Shown here: one piece after another, positions 44,501-53,124 of the stretch
Numbering within the stretch: position 1 is the first letter of the stretch
Layout of the letters: each line of letters begins with the position of its first letter
Assembly (NCBI GenBank): GCA_963796275.1
Contig: CAWCKY010000003.1
Location: 608,001 to 672,000, forward strand
From: an uncultured Acidobacteriota bacterium
GTDB taxonomy: Bacteria > Acidobacteriota > Blastocatellia > RBC074
Reading direction: 5' to 3'
Length of the DNA: 64,000 nucleotides
Translations under genes and position numbers: made by a program
Notes under the pieces: generated by a model
Seen by the model: the letters and a program-made list of their open reading frames with translations, nothing else
Databases searched by the model: none
What the model was told of the DNA's origin: nothing

Positions 44501-44641
44501 GATTTTCAGCGCTGGTGCTTGTAGATAGGTGGCGATTGCCGCTCCCGCTCCGGCGAAGAGCGTGGCCGTCATAACAATGGCCAGTATAACCGCGCATCTA
44601 TGCCCGATCTTTGAAGACCTTCCTGTTAGTACTAATTTCAT
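41552..44641 (-). CDS. GH48 exocellulase: signal peptide - CBM3 - FN3 x2 - GH48
   Basis: LSELTIRYWYT/CDWA/NDYSY (CBM3); two DTQPPTAP..WGASTDNVGV FN3 repeats; GH48 motifs EAPDYGHETTSEAYSY, NTFQRGPQESVWET, WRYTNAPDADAR and YHRFWAQ. Confidence 0.95.
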   Translation of the reverse strand: MKLVLTGRSSKIGHRCAVILAIVMTATLFAGAGAAIATYLQAPALKIQYRLADPNSPGDNQIKAHLNVVNTGAAAVPLSELTIRYWYTNDGSMPQVYDCDWAMRGCSNINARFISLPAPVAGANTYLELAFGAGAGSIAPGQQSGEIQTRLHSQNWSNYTEGNDYSYDATKTSFADWDRITLYRNGTLVWGSEPIPSSSDTQPPTAPTTLAVASKTSTSVSLTWGASTDNVGVTGYRIIEGATQVGTSAATSFTVTGLTPSTAHTYTARAVDAAGNMSALSNAVTVTTDPAMIDTQPPTAPTTLAVASKTTTSVSLTWGASTDNVGVTGYRISRDTIVAGSSTFNIFLAAGLTPNTSYTFTVQALDAAGNVSAPSNAVTATTDEGGTPTNAYTQRFLDLWEDLHNPENGYFSPEGVPYHSKETLICEAPDYGHETTSEAYSYWAWLETMYGFITQDWSYLSLMFDNMEAYIIPTSQDQPTTASSYNPAIPAQYAPEFDLPNDYPTPLNSSVSVGQDPIGSELRTTYGTSEIYGMHWLLDVDNWYGYGRRGDGSSRPAYLNTFQRGPQESVWETIPHPSWESFGWGRGATGGFLPLFIIDSTYTRQWRYTNAPDADARLVQALYWAKVFADEQGGSAVVDGLVAKAAKMGDYLRYSMFDKYFKTMGCASPSCAAGTGYNSAHYLLSWYYGWGGPVDVSQNWGFRIGSSYNHFGYQNPMAAYALSSVPSLIPRSPNAARDWGTSLTRQIEFYRWLQSADGAIAGGATNSWAGRYATPPTGVSTFYGMFYDEQPVYHDPPSNTWFGFQVWSMERVAEYYYVTGNANAKIILDKWVNWAMTNTQLTADGSFQLPSTLDWNGQPSLNWNATTQNWMPGDASFNANLRVTVADTTQDLGLAGAFAKTLIYYSAGTRRWATQHTGSQMMAKEILDRIWTLYRDDIGVSVTESRSDYQRFDDPIYVPSTFSGVMGTGDPINSMSTFLSIRSRYMNDPEWPKVEAYLNGGPVPTFRYHRFWAQVDVALANAEYGRLFP

Positions 44642-44999
44642 CTTTCCTCCTAGCAAAATTGACGGACTATTTGTTGTGGCGAGTTTTTATGTTGGGATGC
44701 AATCTGTGCAAAGAAATTGACAGGATTTACAGGATTATTAAGGATTGCGGATCGGAGAAGTGATCCTGAAATATCCTGTAAACCCGGCCTATTTTTTCAT
44801 TAAGCAAAGCCGCTATTGCGCATGAGAAGGAAGAGAAGTAGAAGAAATATGCGACAGAGTCCTGAAAGTTTCGGCCAAATTTTGTTTTCTGATCTGCTCC
44901 AACGATTCGCTTTCTAAGTTGTGAAAGCGGAACATTTTGCATCTTCGTCTTCGCTTCATCTGTTCGCGCCTGAGCGGCTTTGCGTGAATGTGCCGGCCA

Positions 45000-47060
45000 T
45001 CAGAAGTGACCGGTCTGGGTATATGTAGCTCCACCAGTCGTGTAGGTGACGGTGTATGTATCACCTGCGACAGGATGAAGCATACCGGTGCCGTTAGTTT
45101 GAGCTGCGAACGTCCAATTCGCCCCGGGCCACAGAGCCTGTCCGGGAGCCATGGTGAACTGGTACGTGATGGCGCTTGCCGTGCTGCTATTACTCTGTTG
45201 TATCAAACCGCCGACAGTGTTGTATTGGCCATTGAAGCCGATTCCACCGATCCTCTGGATCGTGATAGTGATCGAGAGGGAGGTGATGTTGGCAGCGTTG
45301 GTCAGCCGGATCACCTCTTCGTTGTACCAGGGACTGTTGGTATTGATCCGCGGAGAAACCGTAACGCCTCCCGTTCCGCTGGCAGCGTTGACGGTCAAAA
45401 GCATTGGAACAGTCCGAGTGAGACCGCCGCCGGAGCCGATGAGCGTCACATTCGCGGTTCCGGTTGCAGCCGTACCCGAGGCGGCGAGCGTGAGCGTGCT
45501 GTTCGTCCCTGTTGCTGGCCCCGGACTGAAGGTGGCTGTGACGCCGGCTGGCAGCCCGCTAGCGCTCATGGTTACATTGCCGGTGAACCCGCCAGATCGC
45601 ATTATGCCGATTGTGCTCGATCCGCTCGCGCCACGGTCGATGGTCAGGTTTGATGGTGTTGCCGAAAGAGAAAAATCGGGCGCCGGGGGAGCATCCACCG
45701 TCAGGATTAGTGTGGTGGATCGGGTAAAGCTCCCACCTGCGCCCGTAATGGTCACAGTCACTGTTCCAGCTGCGGCCGCGCTCGAGGCAGCGATACTGAT
45801 GGTACTGCTCGTGCCGGTCGCATGGGTGGGGTTTAAAGTGGCCGTGACCCCTGCGGGCAGGCCGCTTGCGCTCAGAGCGACGCTGCCCGTCAATCCGCCG
45901 GATCGTGTAATAATGATCGCGCTCGTTCCGCTCGCACCTCGGCTCACGGTCAGAGTCGCGGGATTCGCCGATAGAGTGAAATCGGGATTGCCGCCGCCGG
46001 GACCTTGCCAGTTCCGCAGCACGGCCTCGGCCGGCTTGCCTCGCGGATTGTAATCGGTATCGTTGGCCACCGGCGCGGGCACGGGCCAGGCCCACCAGAA
46101 GAACCCCTTCATCCAGGATGACTGCTGGCTCCAGACCGTAAAAGCAGCCTCATAGCAATCTCTCTGCTCGGCAGTATCCAGCGCGCCTGTGAGTCCGAAG
46201 TTCCATGGTTCACGATTGGTTCCGTCGGTGCTCTTGTAACCGATCTCGGTGAATATGACCGGTTTCTGGCGCGAGTCGGCGAAATTCTGAACCGCGGCGA
46301 CCAGGTCCTCGCCGTATCTGTTCGATCGCCATGCGGCGATGAGCTGCGCCAGCGTCGGGTTGGTCTGATCGGTCAACGTGAAATATCCGTCCAGGCCGAT
46401 GAGGTCGAGCTGATCCCAGAACGAGACCGAGGTGAACTCGTCGGCGGGGAATGTCGCGTTGGCGGCATAGGTCAAGACGCCGCCGTAGACGTTGCGGATC
46501 GCGTTGATCACCGCTAGCCAGCGATCCCGATTGGCCGCACCGCTGATCGTCCGGAATTCCGTTCCCATGCAGTAAGCTTCGACATTCAGCATTTCGGCCA
46601 TCTGAGCGTAATGCAGGATGAACGTCGTGTAACTCGCGAACCAGGCATCGATATCGGTCGGGTTGATATCGCCTCTCCATTGGCCATTCCACGGATCGAT
46701 GTGGGGCTTGAGCATGACCTTCACGCCTTTGCTATGGAGGTCCTGTATAGCGGTTATGAGAGCCGCATCGGTCGGCGTCTTCTCGCCAATGGGAGCGATG
46801 ACGTTTGAGTTGGCGGTGTCCTGATACTGTGTTACCAGGACAGCTGCCCAGTTGGTCCCCGTAGCGGCGAGATCGTTGCGAGAGCTGGTGGCATCGGGAT
46901 ATGTGTATTCGTCGAACCACCAGGAGACATGTACGATCCCGTTGTACTCGAAACCGCTCTGACTTTGTGCGAGCGTCCGCAGAAAAGACGAAATGCCGAT
47001 GAGCGATATGATGGCGGCGCCTAGTATGAAAATCCGGCGATAGGCAAGGAGGGTTTTCAT
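45000..47060 (-). CDS. GH113-like beta-mannanase with two Ig-like repeats and the shared C-terminal domain
   Basis: VMLKPHID, GTEF, YAAN, FWDQLDLIGLDGYF and KPVIFTEIGY motifs; ATG at 47060 overlaps the ankyrin gene stop (ATGA). Confidence 0.8.
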   Translation of the reverse strand: MKTLLAYRRIFILGAAIISLIGISSFLRTLAQSQSGFEYNGIVHVSWWFDEYTYPDATSSRNDLAATGTNWAAVLVTQYQDTANSNVIAPIGEKTPTDAALITAIQDLHSKGVKVMLKPHIDPWNGQWRGDINPTDIDAWFASYTTFILHYAQMAEMLNVEAYCMGTEFRTISGAANRDRWLAVINAIRNVYGGVLTYAANATFPADEFTSVSFWDQLDLIGLDGYFTLTDQTNPTLAQLIAAWRSNRYGEDLVAAVQNFADSRQKPVIFTEIGYKSTDGTNREPWNFGLTGALDTAEQRDCYEAAFTVWSQQSSWMKGFFWWAWPVPAPVANDTDYNPRGKPAEAVLRNWQGPGGGNPDFTLSANPATLTVSRGASGTSAIIITRSGGLTGSVALSASGLPAGVTATLNPTHATGTSSTISIAASSAAAAGTVTVTITGAGGSFTRSTTLILTVDAPPAPDFSLSATPSNLTIDRGASGSSTIGIMRSGGFTGNVTMSASGLPAGVTATFSPGPATGTNSTLTLAASGTAATGTANVTLIGSGGGLTRTVPMLLTVNAASGTGGVTVSPRINTNSPWYNEEVIRLTNAANITSLSITITIQRIGGIGFNGQYNTVGGLIQQSNSSTASAITYQFTMAPGQALWPGANWTFAAQTNGTGMLHPVAGDTYTVTYTTGGATYTQTGHF

Positions 47061-47842
47061 GGTTGCACCCCCGTATGAGTCAGACACCAGCTCACTGTCG
47101 TGATTACGTCACCTGTCTGAATACCATCGGCGCCGCCGACGGTCCGGCTCTCCGAGCATTCGGATTTGGCGACGCATCCGTTTGCGCAACCCACAATCTT
47201 GGTGACGCGGATGCGGAAGCTGGTCTTGTTGACCTCCTCGACCACGCCGCAATAGCCGTTACCCTGCCAGGGTCGAACGCAGACGGTATCGCCAACCGAT
47301 CTTCCGGATGAACGAGCCCCGGCCGACCGCAGCATCGAGGCCAGCTCGTCGTTCCCGGTCCGCTCGGCTGCCTCGAGGGGGCTTCCCCAACCGCGCTGGC
47401 TGGCGTTGAGGTCGGCGCCCGTGTTGATCAGGATGCGGGCGGCGTCGTTCCGGCCGAATTCGGCGGCCTCGATGAGGGCAGTTCTTCCCGCAGCGGATGT
47501 CGTGTTGATATTCGCTCCTGCCGCCACTAGCATTCGCACTGCCTCTACCTGCCCGGATTTAACCGCTTCCATTAAAGGAGTTCGACCAGCACGATCGCGT
47601 GCGTCCGGATTCACACCCTGGATCAATCGTAAACGCAGGGTCTCGAGCCTCCCTTCACGAGCGGCCTGGTGCAGTTCTGTTTGAGCAGATTCTTCTTTGG
47701 GTTCTTGCGGTTGTTGTATTGAAACTGCCGCTCTATGCGAGGGGTCTTGTTCTCGGGCGGTTACGGCCCAACCGAAGGCGAAAACCGCCATCATGCAGAT
47801 GATGAATAGAACGCGCTTGTCGGGGCGCAGCGGATTTGACAT
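47057..47842 (-). CDS. Exported ankyrin-repeat protein with Cys-rich C-terminal domain
   Basis: LHQAAREG, GRTPLMEA, GRTALIEAA and SPLEAA repeats; GGAGG RBS; six Cys in the last ~80 aa. Confidence 0.85.
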   Translation of the reverse strand: MSNPLRPDKRVLFIICMMAVFAFGWAVTAREQDPSHRAAVSIQQPQEPKEESAQTELHQAAREGRLETLRLRLIQGVNPDARDRAGRTPLMEAVKSGQVEAVRMLVAAGANINTTSAAGRTALIEAAEFGRNDAARILINTGADLNASQRGWGSPLEAAERTGNDELASMLRSAGARSSGRSVGDTVCVRPWQGNGYCGVVEEVNKTSFRIRVTKIVGCANGCVAKSECSESRTVGGADGIQTGDVITTVSWCLTHTGVQP

Positions 47843-48055
47843 GAAACCTCCTTTGAAATTCCTGGGAGCGTGAGAAGCCACGCGCGCTGAGTTTCCGGAT
47901 TATTGCTTTCGGCTTTGCCGCCAGAAGTGCGGAAGGGCCATTTGTCCGGGTCAGCTCGGACGTGGCTCCCGGTTGGTCTGCCGGGGAAAATTCGGAGACA
48001 TTCCGCAAATCTGACGGCTAGGCCGCAGGAAAATGTTCGACATTGAAGCGGCTGA

Positions 48056-48315
48056 GAGCGTGTTTAAAAAGTTCCGCTTAAACCCTGAAAATGCGCGAAA
48101 TGATAGCCAGGGCGCAGCAAAAGCATTTCTCCTGGTGATGCAGCGCCAAAGAAGCATCATGCCCGGTAAGGGCTTGAGTGCCGTTTATTACTCCTTACCA
48201 GGCCTGGTAGACATTGATGAACGCGACCGGGGGCTACGCTTCGCTTGCGCCCCCGGCTATTTTATTCGCGCCTCCTTGGGGCTCGAGGTCGAACAACCAA
48301 CTTTTAAACACGTTC
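48056..48315. mobile_element. MITE-like element with terminal inverted repeats
   Basis: GAGCGTGTTTAAAAAGTT ... AACTTTTAAACACGTTC; internal hairpin CCGGGGGC..GCCCCCGG; no transposase. Confidence 0.55.
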
Positions 48316-48376
48316 AGAACAGCCGAGTAGGCAGTCATAAAAACTGCCTACTTCTTACTGCCTACTGCCTACTGCT

Positions 48377-51277
48377 TTAGAACTGCCCGGTTTGCGTATA
48401 ACTCACGCCTCCGGTTGTATAAGAAACCGTATACATGTCACCGGCAGTTGGATGAACCATTCCAGTACCACTCATCTGTGCCGAGAACAGCCGATTCGCC
48501 CCAGGACTGAGTGTCTGACCGGCGGCCAGACTGAATTGGTATGTGATCGTCGTCCCTGTTGTGCTGTTGCTCTGAAGTATCTGCCCACCGATGGTGTTGT
48601 ACATCCCGCTGAACCCGACTCCGCCGGTGCGCTGGATGACGATCGTGACCGAAAGCGATGTGATCGCGCCCGTGTTGGTCAAACGAACGGCCTCTTCGTT
48701 GAACCAGGGGCCGCTCGCATTGATCACCGGTGCGATGGTGACCCCTCCGGTGCCGCCGCCACCCTCGCCAACTGTCAGATTGATCGTGGTTGTGCGGGTC
48801 AATCCGCCGCCAGTTCCGGTGACCGTAACCGCAGATGGTCCGAGAGTGGCGGTGCCAGACGCAGCCAGGGTCAATGTACTGCCGGCTCCCGTAGATGAGG
48901 CCGGGGCGAAGGTCGCGGTCACGCCGGCCGGCAAGCCGCTCGCGCTGAAAGCTACGCTGCCGGCGAAGCCGCCCGTGCGTGCGATCGCCACAGCGCTGGT
49001 TCCATTCGCCCCGCGGTTGATCGACATACTAGATGGAGTTGCCGAGAGCGCGAAATCCGGCGTTGCAGGATCGTTGACAGTGAGGTTGATCGTCGATGTC
49101 CGGGTCAAACCGCCGCCCGTTCCGGTTATCGTTACTACAGCTGGTCCCAGCGTCGCCGCCGTAGATGCGGTAAATGTCACGGTGCTGCTCGATTCCGTAA
49201 CCGACCCTGGGGTAAACCCGGCCGTCACCCCCGCCGGAAGTCCGGCCGCGCTCAACGTTACAATCCCAGTGAACCCACCGGTGCGCGTGATCGTGATTGT
49301 ACTGCTCGCACTCGCACCGCGATTGACCATGACCGCTGACGGGTTGGCTGAATGAGAGAAGTTAGGAGTCGGCGGCACAGACTGCGCCGGATAAAGCTGC
49401 GTCGCCGGAATGATTTGCTTCGCGAGTCCAGCCGGTGTGCTCCAGGAGAGAGAAGCGGTGGCATCTCCTCCTGCTTCATAAAACTCCAGCCGTATCGAAT
49501 ACCGTTGCCCCAACTGCAACGGGATCGACCCGCTATCCTCTATAGCCGCGTGGTCCGTCCAGTTATCGATGATCAACTGGTCATCCACCCAGAGCCGCGC
49601 GCCGTCGTCGTGGGTCACGTAGAAGGTATACAGCTCATTGGATCGAGCCTCGACCTCGCCCTCCCAACGAACGGAGAACTGGTCGGCGGGTACAATACCG
49701 GGAGCGGGCGACCCGCCGGCCCAGTTGAAGTCGACTGTCGAGTCCGTACGCGTCAGCAGAGGCGTACCCGCGAGGGCCGTGCCCTGGTAGAACGTTCCGG
49801 TCAGGCCGGTGCCGTTGCCGGGCGGCGACATCGGAGGAGGCGTGGGAGTCGGAGGAGGTGTTCCCGGTTGACCGCCGTTCGCGAAGTAGAGACGCCCGGC
49901 GAGCGCGAATACGAAGGATGCGTTGTAGTCGATAGCGACTTCGGTCTGGGTGAAGTTATTTACGTCGTCATTATAAGTCCCGTTCAAGCTGGGGCCGCCG
50001 ACGAGTCCGCCGATCATCCCTTTGGTTGGGCCTCCACGCACGGGCTCGTTCGCGCGATGGTGCGGGTGTATGGGTGGGTTAGCCAGGTAGTTGCTCACAT
50101 AGGAGCTATTTCGCTCGTTATTCCCCAACGCGTAATTCACGATAAATGTACCCGTGTTGAAGAAATCGTTATACCCCCAAAGCTTGTAGGCAAGAAAACC
50201 GAGTCCCGCCTCGGCTGATGCGTAGCGCAAGGTGCCCCACTGGTCAAGCCAGGGGAGTCCGTCGTTCGTCTTCTGCAGGGTGTCGCGGTACCAGACCAGA
50301 TTCCAGCGCAGCCCATCCGCGTATTTCTGCATGCCAGTGAGCTGGTGCATCTTGAGGAGGCTGGCCAGAGTCATATCATCCCAGGCCATCGTCCACCGTT
50401 TCTGGTAAGGGTTGTCATTGCCGTCGTTCGGTTGTGATATCCAACCGTCCACCGGCTGTAAATAAGCATCATCATCAGTGGCGATGTGCAGCCAGATACC
50501 GGCCCATGCGAGGTCGTCGAAATGGGATGTCGAACGATAGAATGAGCCGCCACCTCCGTCGCTGCCGCGACCGAGGTTCGTGCGCCCCAACTCGAAGAGC
50601 TCGCGCGCCGCGGTAAGGCAACGGTTTGCGTAGGTTGCATCGGTGCTGCGATAGTTGATCGACATAAGCGCCAGAGCCGCGGCAGCCTGTCCGAGGATGT
50701 CCGAAGCGGGCACTCCTGGGCGGGCCGCGAGCACGGGACGAGTAATGATCTGGCCCTCTGGCGATTCCCAACGTCCGTGATCAGCGTTCCCGTCGCCCTT
50801 GTGGTAATAGAACGTGGTGGCGTTCGGATGGCTCTTGAGGAAGTAATCGGTGAAATACTTGAGCGTCCGCAATGTCTTAGGAGTCAACCCGGCGCGGTCG
50901 AATTCCGCGCGGTACTCGTAGAGCGACCATCCCAGGACACTCGCGCTGAATCCCTGCGGTTGACCGAACTGGACGAAGTCGCCGGCATCGTGGAAACCTC
51001 CCGTGAGGTCAAGCGGTGGGCTTGCCATGCTGCCGTCTGTGGTATGGCATGCCCCGCGCCAACTGAATACGTTGTCGACACCTGCGTCCGGCCCGCATTT
51101 ATTGGCATCGAAGAACCAGATCGCCTTCTCCAGCGCGTCAGCATAGTTGAAAGTCATCTGGCCCTGCGTGGGCGTCGGGCGCAGGAAAACCGTCAGGGTG
51201 GTTGTCAGGAGAATGGTAAGTAGAGTGAACAGAAGGGTCGGGAATTTTCTGCCACGTCGCGTTTGTCTCTGGTGCAT
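48377..51277 (-). CDS. GH9 endoglucanase - PA14 - two Ig-like repeats - shared C-terminal domain
   Basis: DLTGGFHDAGD, HPHHR, GGLVGGP and EVAIDYNA GH9 motifs; FSVRWEG, HDDGARLWVD and LEFYE PA14 motifs. Confidence 0.9.
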   Translation of the reverse strand: MHQRQTRRGRKFPTLLFTLLTILLTTTLTVFLRPTPTQGQMTFNYADALEKAIWFFDANKCGPDAGVDNVFSWRGACHTTDGSMASPPLDLTGGFHDAGDFVQFGQPQGFSASVLGWSLYEYRAEFDRAGLTPKTLRTLKYFTDYFLKSHPNATTFYYHKGDGNADHGRWESPEGQIITRPVLAARPGVPASDILGQAAAALALMSINYRSTDATYANRCLTAARELFELGRTNLGRGSDGGGGSFYRSTSHFDDLAWAGIWLHIATDDDAYLQPVDGWISQPNDGNDNPYQKRWTMAWDDMTLASLLKMHQLTGMQKYADGLRWNLVWYRDTLQKTNDGLPWLDQWGTLRYASAEAGLGFLAYKLWGYNDFFNTGTFIVNYALGNNERNSSYVSNYLANPPIHPHHRANEPVRGGPTKGMIGGLVGGPSLNGTYNDDVNNFTQTEVAIDYNASFVFALAGRLYFANGGQPGTPPPTPTPPPMSPPGNGTGLTGTFYQGTALAGTPLLTRTDSTVDFNWAGGSPAPGIVPADQFSVRWEGEVEARSNELYTFYVTHDDGARLWVDDQLIIDNWTDHAAIEDSGSIPLQLGQRYSIRLEFYEAGGDATASLSWSTPAGLAKQIIPATQLYPAQSVPPTPNFSHSANPSAVMVNRGASASSTITITRTGGFTGIVTLSAAGLPAGVTAGFTPGSVTESSSTVTFTASTAATLGPAVVTITGTGGGLTRTSTINLTVNDPATPDFALSATPSSMSINRGANGTSAVAIARTGGFAGSVAFSASGLPAGVTATFAPASSTGAGSTLTLAASGTATLGPSAVTVTGTGGGLTRTTTINLTVGEGGGGTGGVTIAPVINASGPWFNEEAVRLTNTGAITSLSVTIVIQRTGGVGFSGMYNTIGGQILQSNSTTGTTITYQFSLAAGQTLSPGANRLFSAQMSGTGMVHPTAGDMYTVSYTTGGVSYTQTGQF

Positions 51278-51380
51278 AGTCAGACTCCTTAAATATTAGT
51301 TTTCAGTTTTCAGTTTTTAGTTTTCAGTCGAGATCACCCAGACTAAAAAATAAAAACTAAAAAATAAAAACTAAAAACTA

Positions 51381-51596
51381 AGTAACCACTCAGCTTCTTC
51401 GCCGCGTTAGCGGCGGTTGATTGTAGCCATGGGTTTTAACCCACGGTGGCGGTAGATTTTTTTCACGTCGCGTCAGCGACGGTTGAATTCAGGCGTCGCT
51501 AACGCGACGCGGGAATATTCTTCAAGCCTTCCGTGGGTTAAAACCCACGGCTACAATCAACCGCCGCTAACGCGGCGAAGTGACTGAGTTGTTACT
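51381..51596. repeat. Near-perfect 216-bp palindrome (REP-like) flanked by heptamer hairpins
   Basis: CTTCGCCGCGTTAGCGGCGGTTGATTGTAGCCATGGGTTTTAACCCACGG pairs with CCGTGGGTTAAAACCCACGGCTACAATCAACCGCCGCTAACGCGGCGAAG; inner stem CGTCGCGTCAGCGACG / CGTCGCTAACGCGACG. Confidence 0.9.
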
Positions 51597-51743
51597 TTTA
51601 CATTTTAGATTTTTAGATTTGTCATAGAAGGATCTGCATATCTTCAATGACAAATGAAAAATCTAAAATTTAAAAAACTGAAAACTGAAAACGGTCCGGC
51701 GTCGGTCAACCTCCTGCCGCTGCCGGACCGTGGGTTCACCTTA

Positions 51744-53114
51744 CTAGCTGAGGAATCCTAGGGTTCTCGGTCCGAAACGATCGAGATTCGGAAAGACGTC
51801 GGATGCATCGGCGTCGCTTAGACCGAACCACCGGGCCAGCGTATTGCCGTACTGGTCCATTGAGTTATCAGGTAACAAGGCTCCACGAAAGTTGCCCGTT
51901 ACGCTAAACAGTGGGAAGTCCCGGGCGCCGCCGATTCGCACCTCAGGGTAAGGGCCGCCGAAAAATCTGCCGCCCAGCACGGAACCGCCCATGACTAAGT
52001 AGTGGTTGGCGTATCCGTGGTCGGTGCCGTCGCCATTTTCTTTGAATGTGCGCCCGAACTCGCTGAAGGTAAAAGTTGTGACCTGGGTTTCCACGCCAAG
52101 TTCGACCGTCGCTGCGTAAAAAGCGCTCATCGCGGCATCCAACTCGCCGAGCAGCCTGGTCTGTGTGATTAACTGCGCGCCGTGCGTGTCGTAAGCGTTG
52201 CCACCTACCTGCGCGTAGAAGAGCTGTCGCCGTTCATGTCCGAGCGCACCACGCGCTGCTATTGCAATTGCGATCTGCCGCAATTGCTGGCCTACAGTGG
52301 TATTCGGAAACTGCGTCGTGAAGGGCTGGTTGGCGAACACCGTGCCGACCACCCGCGAATCATCGATGGCCCGGGATACCCGTCCGTTGAAAGCATTGAC
52401 CTGGGTTGAAGTCTCGGCGAGAGAGGTCAACTGTTTTATACCGTCAAAACGAACGGGGAGCGCACCGGTTGGTGGCAGGCCTGTGATTCCCAAATTGAGG
52501 TTGGGCTGAAGCGTGATCGACTGCGCCGAGCCTTTGAGCCACGGTGTGTTGTTGACCATCGTCATCAACATCGGAATGAGCGGCGCGGTGTTGAAGATAG
52601 GGAAATAGGCACCCATGCTATTCCCCCACCCCCTGGTGTTCTCATTGACCAGATTCTGCGAGAACACCTGTTGTTGAAAGTGGTCGAACAGACCGGACGG
52701 CGCCAGACTCGGATTGCTGAGAACCTGTTGCGGAGTCACAGGCTGTATCAGGTTGCCGACGTTGCAAACGAGGGCGACCTTGCCTTGTTGCCACAAACTG
52801 TGGATGCCGGTCAGACTCGGATGCAGACCGAAATTTCCCTCACCCGGTACACTGATCGGCAAAAGACTTCCTTGCGGGAGAGCCATCCCTCCCCGGGTCA
52901 TCGCATACGTGTTGTATGCAGCTTGATCGCGCGGCACCACGGTGTTGCATCCATCATTACCACCCTCGAGAAAGAGGCAGACCAGTGCTTTGTAGTCTCC
53001 AGTTTGAGCGGCATATGCGTTCTCCCGAGCAGCATAACTTAGTGCGGTCATCATTGCCGCCGCACCCATCCCGCCGCTGCACGATTTTAGAAATTCTCTA
53101 CGTGTGAATGACAT
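51744..53114 (-). CDS. DUF1501 family protein, Tat-exported
   Basis: TRREFLK Tat motif; DYKALVCLFLEGGNDG, FGLHPSL, YDTH, FSEFGRT and GTDHG motifs. Confidence 0.9.
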   Translation of the reverse strand: MSFTRREFLKSCSGGMGAAAMMTALSYAARENAYAAQTGDYKALVCLFLEGGNDGCNTVVPRDQAAYNTYAMTRGGMALPQGSLLPISVPGEGNFGLHPSLTGIHSLWQQGKVALVCNVGNLIQPVTPQQVLSNPSLAPSGLFDHFQQQVFSQNLVNENTRGWGNSMGAYFPIFNTAPLIPMLMTMVNNTPWLKGSAQSITLQPNLNLGITGLPPTGALPVRFDGIKQLTSLAETSTQVNAFNGRVSRAIDDSRVVGTVFANQPFTTQFPNTTVGQQLRQIAIAIAARGALGHERRQLFYAQVGGNAYDTHGAQLITQTRLLGELDAAMSAFYAATVELGVETQVTTFTFSEFGRTFKENGDGTDHGYANHYLVMGGSVLGGRFFGGPYPEVRIGGARDFPLFSVTGNFRGALLPDNSMDQYGNTLARWFGLSDADASDVFPNLDRFGPRTLGFLS

Positions 53115-53124
53115 GTCTCCTCCT

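Noticed and set aside
47865-48030. CelR-box half site (TGGGAGCG) and a c-di-GMP-riboswitch-like GGCAAA..GAAA string upstream of the ankyrin gene
   Set aside because: Only a half palindrome, and the riboswitch consensus stems could not be built
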